Below, one piece after another: positions 57,457 to 64,000 of a stretch of 64,000 nt of DNA (position 1 is its first letter; every line of letters begins with the position of its first letter). The position numbers and the translations under genes were made by a program. The stretch covers positions 2,013 through 66,012 of the IMG/VR virus record IMGVR_UViG_3300045282_000227; one strand, given 5' to 3'. The notes beneath the pieces were generated by a model, which did no database searches, had not been told where the DNA came from, and worked only from the letters and a program-made list of their open reading frames with translations. Origin of the DNA: a virus (lineage: Duplodnaviria; Caudoviricetes).

Positions 57457-59230
57457 TCTCCCAATTCAATCACTCCAGTTTGACGTCATCAAGCAGAACT
57501 TCAAGGACTTCTTGAAGGGAAACGAGCGTTATAAGGATTATAATTTTGAGGCCTCTGGCATTGGTACGATCGTCAATCTCATGTCGTACCAGACACACTA
57601 CCTTGGCTTCTTTGTCAAGATGCTCTTGGACGAATCATTCGTTGACTCGGCTCACACTCGCCAGGCTCAACTCTCGCATGCCAAGAAGACAGGCTATGTG
57701 CCCAAAGGTCGTCGTGCATCCAAGGCCGAAGTTCGCCTCAAGGTGTTCACCGATACGAGCAGCGAACCTGCTACCAAGACCTTCCAGCTCGAACGTGGCC
57801 AGACCTTCTCGGCTACGAACTCAACACAAGACAGCCGTGTGTTCACAGTCGTCGACGGTTCTCTGATCACATCAAGAACGTTGGTCGGATCGGCTGTCAC
57901 TTATACGTCGGATCCGATCGTCGTCCTAGAGGGCGTGATCCGCACATGGAACTTCGTGGTCGATTCATCGATCATCAATCAGCGATTCATTATCAAAGAC
58001 CCGTCCATTGACATCGACACCATCCGTGTTCGTGTCCGCGAGAATTCAACTTCGACCAGCTTCTCTGAATACATTCTCGCCAAGAACATCTCTGATCTCG
58101 ACGCCAATTCGAAAGTCTATTTCGTGACAACCGATGAGTTCGGCAACTACCAAGTGTTCTTTGGTAACGACGTGTTCGGTGTACAACCACAGACTGGCAA
58201 CGCGATCGAAGTCACGTATGTCTCGACCAATGGTGAGTCCGGCGATGGCGCCAAGTCATTCACGTTCAACACGCCTATCACCGGTTCTTTGGCAGGCTTC
58301 GTGAACACCGAGGTCGTCACTCTGGCCACCGCGTCTGGCGGTGCAGAACCACAGACGGCAGACGAACTACGCTTTGCAATCCCGAACAGCTATCGCCGCC
58401 AGGACCGTCTCATCACACCAGACGACTATCGCACGATTCTCTTGGATGAGTACCGTAATATCGACAGCCTGAATGTCTGGGGTGGAGAAGACAACGTACC
58501 GCGTGATTATGGTAAGACCTATCTGAGCATCAAGCCACGCAACTCGAACCGTCTCACCGCTCTCGCGCGCGAAGAGATCAGACAGACGATCGTCAAGAAA
58601 TTCGGTGCCATCGGTGCTGATGTTGTGTTTGTCGATCCAGACTTCATCGACGTCAACCTGACCATTCTCTGCAAATTCGATCTACGCAAGACGGCACGTA
58701 CGGTTCCTGAATTGGTGAACGTTGTCCAGGCGGCCATCGACGCATACAACTCAGATACACTTTCGAAGTTCAACACATTCCTCTCGGACGTCGAGCTCTT
58801 GTCAGATATCCGAAGCCAAGACCCAGCGTTCGTCTCAATGTATTCGAGAAAGGTTCTCGGCAAGACGATTACCCAGATCCACGGATCAACCTCTGCCCAG
58901 ACAGTTCGATTCGGCAATGCACTCGTGCCTAGCACGGTCGCCAGCGCTGACATTGTCTACTCGACCTTTGTTGCGAACATCAAGGACAATGGACAAGGCC
59001 TCTTGAACCTCGTGAACAAGGCGAACGGCCAGGCTCTGGTCGCTGCTGGCAAAGTGGACTATGAGACGGGTGCAGTGACCTACAATCTGCCACAATTCGC
59101 AAAGGTCGCAGGATACGAAACCGGAACAACCGGCCAACTCGTGTTCAATGGCGTACCTGTCAACCCAGATGTCAACACGTACCTGAACAATATCGTTCGC
59201 ATCGCCTCGTCTAAGGTAACGGTCCTGTGA
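57449..59230 (+). CDS. Baseplate wedge subunit gp6
   Basis: FD.IK.N...FL..YKDYNFEASG..ESFVDSA..GY.P..FG..V.G..Q.RLIT.DDY..WGGED. Confidence 0.93.
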   Translation: MRNLPIQSLQFDVIKQNFKDFLKGNERYKDYNFEASGIGTIVNLMSYQTHYLGFFVKMLLDESFVDSAHTRQAQLSHAKKTGYVPKGRRASKAEVRLKVFTDTSSEPATKTFQLERGQTFSATNSTQDSRVFTVVDGSLITSRTLVGSAVTYTSDPIVVLEGVIRTWNFVVDSSIINQRFIIKDPSIDIDTIRVRVRENSTSTSFSEYILAKNISDLDANSKVYFVTTDEFGNYQVFFGNDVFGVQPQTGNAIEVTYVSTNGESGDGAKSFTFNTPITGSLAGFVNTEVVTLATASGGAEPQTADELRFAIPNSYRRQDRLITPDDYRTILLDEYRNIDSLNVWGGEDNVPRDYGKTYLSIKPRNSNRLTALAREEIRQTIVKKFGAIGADVVFVDPDFIDVNLTILCKFDLRKTARTVPELVNVVQAAIDAYNSDTLSKFNTFLSDVELLSDIRSQDPAFVSMYSRKVLGKTITQIHGSTSAQTVRFGNALVPSTVASADIVYSTFVANIKDNGQGLLNLVNKANGQALVAAGKVDYETGAVTYNLPQFAKVAGYETGTTGQLVFNGVPVNPDVNTYLNNIVRIASSKVTVL

Positions 59231-60666
59231 TCCAATCAACCCTGGTACCTATTCTCGCAAACAGACTTCCTGAGTTTGTCAAGGATCTGTACCCGAACTT
59301 TGAACAGTTCATTCGAGACTACTTGACCTGGCTTGAACAGGACGAGAACTTCCTGCGCATCCTTGAAGACTGGCGTTCGAACAACGAAGTCACTCTACAG
59401 GTCGAACCATATATCGATGCCATCTTGGTCGATCTCGGATTCGTCTACAACCAACCACTCGCAATCGACAAGAAGCTCTTGGTGCATGTGCTCCGTGACT
59501 TCTACATGTCTCGCGGCTCTGAGGGTTCGTTGAAGACTCTGTTCAAGATCTTGTATGGTAAGGACGGCGAAGTCGAGATTCGTTATCCACGTGACGAGAT
59601 GCTGATCCCGTCCTATGCAGAATATGGCAAGCGGTTCTTCATGTTCTCGACGGCGACCTCACTTGACACAGATGATTTCAACGCTATTGCGGCGAACATC
59701 ATCCACGCTGGCGGAACCGTCACAGGTGGCGTGAGTGGAACTACTGCGTTCATCGAAGACATCCAGATCGTATTCGGTCAAGGTCAGACCTACTTCAAAA
59801 TCGAAATACTCGAACCAACCTCAGCCTTCTTGAATGGTGAACAGCTCACGATTGCCTGCAAAGGTATCGAAGTCGTTGAAACACTCAAGCCATCTGTGGC
59901 TATCGAGATCGACGACGGTGGTTCGGGTTATGCGCCCACCGATACGATCGGCATCAATGGAACCAAGCTCTATGGCTCTGTACGCATCGACTCACTCAGT
60001 CGCGGCGGTGTCGACGGTCTAAACATCACGACACTTGGCACGGGATATGCAATCGGCGACAGAATCTCAGCTTCCATCGAGTCTGGCTTTGGCTTCACTG
60101 CATACGTGACAACCATCAATCTCAGTGGCGGAATCACTGGTTACCAAATTCAGTCGAAGGGATACAACTACACCCAGCTTCCACTCATCTCCGTCAAGTC
60201 AACAGGTGGCACAGGCGCAGTGATTGCAGCGACCAGCACAGAGATCGGCTCTGTTCGTAGGATCAGTTTCGATGCTCCGTTTGTAGATTTCACCATTGCT
60301 ATTGCAGACGTTTCGAGTGCTACAGGTTCCGGTGCAGAACTGACGATCGTCCCACAACCAATCTGGTCTATCAGTGATTGGGCTAATCGTAGGGGTTTCC
60401 TCGAGGAAAATAGTACGCTGATTGACAGTGATAAATATCAGCAGTTCTCCTATACCGTTGTTTCTCAGAAACCGGCCAGTGAGTATGAAAAGTTCCTGGA
60501 TGAGTGGATTCACCCAGCAGGTTACATCCGAATCAGTTCGTTCGAGCTTCAAGACGACCTCAACTTCAACCTTCTACCCGGCGATTCAGAACTCAGCAAT
60601 CAGATTTCTAAGATTTATGAATCCACATTGACGTTGGCCCTAGCACTCGAATTCCAGATAGCATAA
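59227..60666 (+). CDS. Baseplate wedge subunit (gp7-like)
   Basis: LPEFV..YP.F..F..Y..FY.SRGSE.S..LFKILY; DS.KYQQFSY..HPAG. Confidence 0.75.
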   Translation: MIQSTLVPILANRLPEFVKDLYPNFEQFIRDYLTWLEQDENFLRILEDWRSNNEVTLQVEPYIDAILVDLGFVYNQPLAIDKKLLVHVLRDFYMSRGSEGSLKTLFKILYGKDGEVEIRYPRDEMLIPSYAEYGKRFFMFSTATSLDTDDFNAIAANIIHAGGTVTGGVSGTTAFIEDIQIVFGQGQTYFKIEILEPTSAFLNGEQLTIACKGIEVVETLKPSVAIEIDDGGSGYAPTDTIGINGTKLYGSVRIDSLSRGGVDGLNITTLGTGYAIGDRISASIESGFGFTAYVTTINLSGGITGYQIQSKGYNYTQLPLISVKSTGGTGAVIAATSTEIGSVRRISFDAPFVDFTIAIADVSSATGSGAELTIVPQPIWSISDWANRRGFLEENSTLIDSDKYQQFSYTVVSQKPASEYEKFLDEWIHPAGYIRISSFELQDDLNFNLLPGDSELSNQISKIYESTLTLALALEFQIA

Positions 60667-60681
60667 CCCGAGATCATAAGA

Positions 60682-62220
60682 ATGACCGCATCATTTGTAA
60701 CATCTGCTAAACCCTTCCTGGCCGCTTTGATCAAGGACTCTTTGAGTTCTATCAGACCAGTCTCGCGTAAGGCAAGCACCGCATACACGCAGGGAACCCA
60801 TGTTACCAACGGTGGCAAACTGTATGTCGCATCGGTTGCCGGTACGACTGGTACGGGTGCAGGTCCGACGGCAGTGACCGGAACGAGTGTGGATGGAACG
60901 GTGACCTGGCTTGCGCTCGGAACCTATTCGACCACCGACTTCACGAACAACCTTTACCTGGGCGTTGGCAAGACGACCGCGTGGTCGAACGAAGGTAGCC
61001 CGCCGAGCCCGTCTCTCGATCCACTCTCACAGAAGACAGTGAAGGGCGATCTGCTCTATCTCTTGCAACTCAGCGCCAACGACATCCGCCTCGGCATGAT
61101 CAAGAATGTCTGGACGACCGGAACGATCTACTCACAGTACGATCCGTCCGTTGATCAGACGAGTTATCCGACTCCGAACTATGTCGTGGTCGGTGGTTCA
61201 TTCGTATACAAGTGTTTGGATAATAACAATGGCGCAACCTCGACCGTTCAACCGTCTGGTACAAGCGCTTCGATTGCTGAGCTCGCAGATGGTTATGTTT
61301 GGTTGTATATCGGCACCATTGCTAGCCAAGATTCGACGCGTTTCACGACCACGAATTTCTATCCGCTCCCAGCTCTGTCTGGACTGGCACAGGCTGGGTC
61401 AATTTCGACATTCTCAAATGTCGTGACCTCGGCTGCAACATTCACGACCTCTGACACGATTGTGACTTCCGTCGTGGGCGATGGCTCGGGTGCACAGGCT
61501 GCAGTCAGAACCAATACCGTCTCAACCGCCGTCACGGTTACTGATATGTTCGCGGCCGCTCTCGGTACGAACTACTCGGACGCCTATGGTATCGCATACA
61601 AGAGTGGCGCAACAGGCACAGGTGCATTGGTGACTGTCAACATCACTTCTGGTGCAATCTCCTCGTACACAGTCGATGTAGGTGGATCGGGCTATGCCAA
61701 TACCAACGGCGCGATCGTCCTCTTGATTGGCGACGGTACAGGTGGTGCAGCAGGCGCGGTCACAGTTTCTGGCGGCGTGGTCACAGGCGTAGCGAACATG
61801 ACAGGTGGTACCGGATACACATGGGCCAAGGCCTTCGTGATCCCGGGCACCAAGGGTGCATTGGCACGAGCTGTCTTGGCTCCGTTGGGTGGACATGGTT
61901 CGAATCTGATCGAAGAACTCGGCGCTGGTCAGGTCTTGCTATCGAAGACTCTGGCAACCAGCCTAGGTGCTTATGTTCCGGTCGTATCTCCGAACAATGA
62001 CTTCCGTCAGCTTTCGTTGATCTCGAACGTCCTACCGTTCACTGGTAGCACCTCGAATGCAGCAATTTACATCGGACCAGCTCATCCGAGCTATTCGAGC
62101 CCCGGAAGCCTTAATAAATACTCGAGTGGCTCTGGTAATGTCTTGTATATCAACAACATTGTCTCGGTTGTACACACTTCCGCTCAAGAAGAGATCCTAA
62201 AGATCTCGTTCACTCTGTAA
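60682..62220 (+). CDS. Baseplate wedge subunit (gp8-like)
   Basis: W..GTIY..YD..VYKCLDNNNG..ST.QP..DGYVW.Y; P.GGHG.N...ELG; DFRQ. Confidence 0.85.
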   Translation: MTASFVTSAKPFLAALIKDSLSSIRPVSRKASTAYTQGTHVTNGGKLYVASVAGTTGTGAGPTAVTGTSVDGTVTWLALGTYSTTDFTNNLYLGVGKTTAWSNEGSPPSPSLDPLSQKTVKGDLLYLLQLSANDIRLGMIKNVWTTGTIYSQYDPSVDQTSYPTPNYVVVGGSFVYKCLDNNNGATSTVQPSGTSASIAELADGYVWLYIGTIASQDSTRFTTTNFYPLPALSGLAQAGSISTFSNVVTSAATFTTSDTIVTSVVGDGSGAQAAVRTNTVSTAVTVTDMFAAALGTNYSDAYGIAYKSGATGTGALVTVNITSGAISSYTVDVGGSGYANTNGAIVLLIGDGTGGAAGAVTVSGGVVTGVANMTGGTGYTWAKAFVIPGTKGALARAVLAPLGGHGSNLIEELGAGQVLLSKTLATSLGAYVPVVSPNNDFRQLSLISNVLPFTGSTSNAAIYIGPAHPSYSSPGSLNKYSSGSGNVLYINNIVSVVHTSAQEEILKISFTL

Positions 62221-62229
62221 GGGAATTAG

Positions 62230-64000
62230 ATGGCACGTTTCAATCATAACGTAGAGCCGTACTTTGATGACTTCGACAAATCGAAGAATTATCTGAAGGT
62301 AATGTATCGCCCTGGACGTCCTGTTCAGGCTCGCGAACTCAATCAGACTCAGAGCATTCTCCAGAACCAGATTGAGAGCTTCGGCAATCATATCTTCAAG
62401 AACGGTTCACGTGTCAGCAATGCCGCGAGCAGCATCCAGTCGAAAGACTATGTGCGCTTGCTGGGTGATCTCGACGTCGAACAGTTCCCGGTTGGAACAC
62501 AGCTCGTAGGTGTCACTTCAGGTGTCAAGGCTACACTCGTCAAGGCTGTCAATGTTGAGGACACTGATCCTGCGACCTTGTATGTCGTCTATACCGGAAC
62601 GGCTATCGACGGCTCTACCTCGAAGTTCATCCCGGGTGAAGTCATCCAGTTCCTCGATGAGAATTCTTTCGTGGTATTCGAGGCGACAATCCGTTGCCCG
62701 AGCTGCCCGGGTTCTGGTCTATCTGACACAATCGCACCTCTCGGTCGCGGTCAGCTGTTCACGATCTCTGCAGGTATCTTCTACTTCGAAGGTATGTTCC
62801 TCAATGTCAACCAGCAAGACCTGATCGTCAGCAAGTACCTCGTCACGGACAACGATGGCAACATCACGAACTTCGTCCCATGCAAGGTTGGTCTCGACTT
62901 CGTTCAGAGCTATGTCTCGTGGGAAGAGGACAACTCGTTGCTCGATCCGTCCCTTGGTTACCCAAACAGCACGGCACCTGGTGCAGACCGCTACAAGGTC
63001 GAACTAATCCTCGCGAAGCGCGCCTATGACTTCGACGATGGTGAGAACTTCATCACAGTCGCTCGTTTCGGCGAAGGCATGATCCTTGAGTTCCTCAAGA
63101 CCGACTCCGAATATGCCGACATCATGGACACGTTGGCAAAGCGCACATTCGAAACCAACGGTGACTACACTGTTCGCCCATTCAAGCTCAGCTTCTTGAA
63201 TGCACAGAAGTCCTCTTCTACCGACCCACTCGGCTACTCGTTGAGCGGTGATCCGGACAAGTTGATGGCCTTGGTCACACCGTCCGTCGCATATGTCAAG
63301 GGCTACCGTGTCGAGACCATCTCTGACACCCCGATCCAGTTCGACAAGGCTCGCGACGACAAGCACCTCACAGGCTTCACGAAGCACTTCTCGGGCCGTA
63401 CTTATGTCCTAGGCAACCCACTCACGGGCGTCTGGCCGAATCCGGCTGCACAGGCTGCGATGCTCGGCGGCGCAACGGTTCAAATCTATGATGGTTACCC
63501 GACCTCATCGGCTGCGACCGGTTCTGTCATCGGTTCGTTCAAGGTCTCTGACGTCGAGTATGTCAGCGGCACGATTGGATCGACTGCCGTCTTCAGATAC
63601 TACATCTATGATCTGACAATCAACACCTCGCACACCTTCTCACAGGCCAAGGGCTTCGTCGTTACCGGCCAGTCATTCTACACCAAGTCGGTGAACGATC
63701 CGATCACCACGGTTCCAGAACTCTACAATGCCAACCAGACGGCGCTGATCTACCGTCTCGACCGTGACAACATCAAGACCCTACGCGACGAGTTCGACGC
63801 AGGTACGATGACCGTTGTCGTACGCAAGAAGCTCGCAATCACAGCAACCAGCGGCACGGTCGACTTCACCTCGGTCATGGCCGGTGGTGCATTCGACAGC
63901 CCGATCTCCTTGGTCGCATGGAAAGTCAACGGTTCGACCGTGACTCCGTTGAACCCAGCAACTGCATCGTTCTCGCCGACTGACATTGTGTTCAACTCAG
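62230..64000 (+). CDS. DUF4815/VrlC-like large virion protein (partial, runs off window)
   Basis: MARFNHNVEPYFDDFD..KNY..V.YRPGRPVQARELNQ.QSILQNQI..APGADRYK..AKRTFETNGDY. Confidence 0.88.
   Translation, partial: MARFNHNVEPYFDDFDKSKNYLKVMYRPGRPVQARELNQTQSILQNQIESFGNHIFKNGSRVSNAASSIQSKDYVRLLGDLDVEQFPVGTQLVGVTSGVKATLVKAVNVEDTDPATLYVVYTGTAIDGSTSKFIPGEVIQFLDENSFVVFEATIRCPSCPGSGLSDTIAPLGRGQLFTISAGIFYFEGMFLNVNQQDLIVSKYLVTDNDGNITNFVPCKVGLDFVQSYVSWEEDNSLLDPSLGYPNSTAPGADRYKVELILAKRAYDFDDGENFITVARFGEGMILEFLKTDSEYADIMDTLAKRTFETNGDYTVRPFKLSFLNAQKSSSTDPLGYSLSGDPDKLMALVTPSVAYVKGYRVETISDTPIQFDKARDDKHLTGFTKHFSGRTYVLGNPLTGVWPNPAAQAAMLGGATVQIYDGYPTSSAATGSVIGSFKVSDVEYVSGTIGSTAVFRYYIYDLTINTSHTFSQAKGFVVTGQSFYTKSVNDPITTVPELYNANQTALIYRLDRDNIKTLRDEFDAGTMTVVVRKKLAITATSGTVDFTSVMAGGAFDSPISLVAWKVNGSTVTPLNPATASFSPTDIVFNS

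Noticed and set aside
1-64000. CRISPR array, rRNA, integrase or IS element
   Set aside because: No regularly spaced repeats or recognisable motifs were seen
1-64000. Stop-codon reassignment
   Set aside because: Conserved genes are full length under the standard code, and TAA, TAG and TGA all serve as stops

Overview
This window is a gene-dense segment of a large T4-like (myovirus) phage genome, read with the standard genetic code and coded almost entirely on the + strand. The left ~26 kb and 34-40 kb are early/accessory regions driven by many near-consensus sigma70 promoters. They encode NAD salvage (NadM-Nudix, NadV), tRNA-Thr(CGT), RNA repair (PseT-like kinase/phosphatase, two RNA ligases), ThyX, QueD, NADAR, SLOG, a macro-like protein, phosphoesterases and dozens of small ORFs. 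Tail fibres and a SleB-like hydrolase occupy 26.7-34.1 kb. The tail/baseplate module fills 40-64 kb (gp54, gp2, gp4, gp48, gp53, hub, gp5, a ~10 kb LamG/YDG-repeat insert, PAAR, gp25, gp6, gp7-like, gp8, DUF4815), with two related free-standing homing endonucleases. The most unusual observations are: (1) three tandem small genes that all end in W-x-x-S-x-C-stop, the third carrying three tandem copies of the motif like a multi-core peptide precursor; (2) an early stand-alone protein containing a copy of the Gol segment of the T4-type major capsid protein; (3) an identical 13-nt RBS hairpin in front of both NAD-salvage genes and a frameshifted leader ORF; (4) repeated apparent leaderless starts, including mini-ORFs coupled to downstream genes. 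All family assignments come from motif recognition by eye, not database searches.
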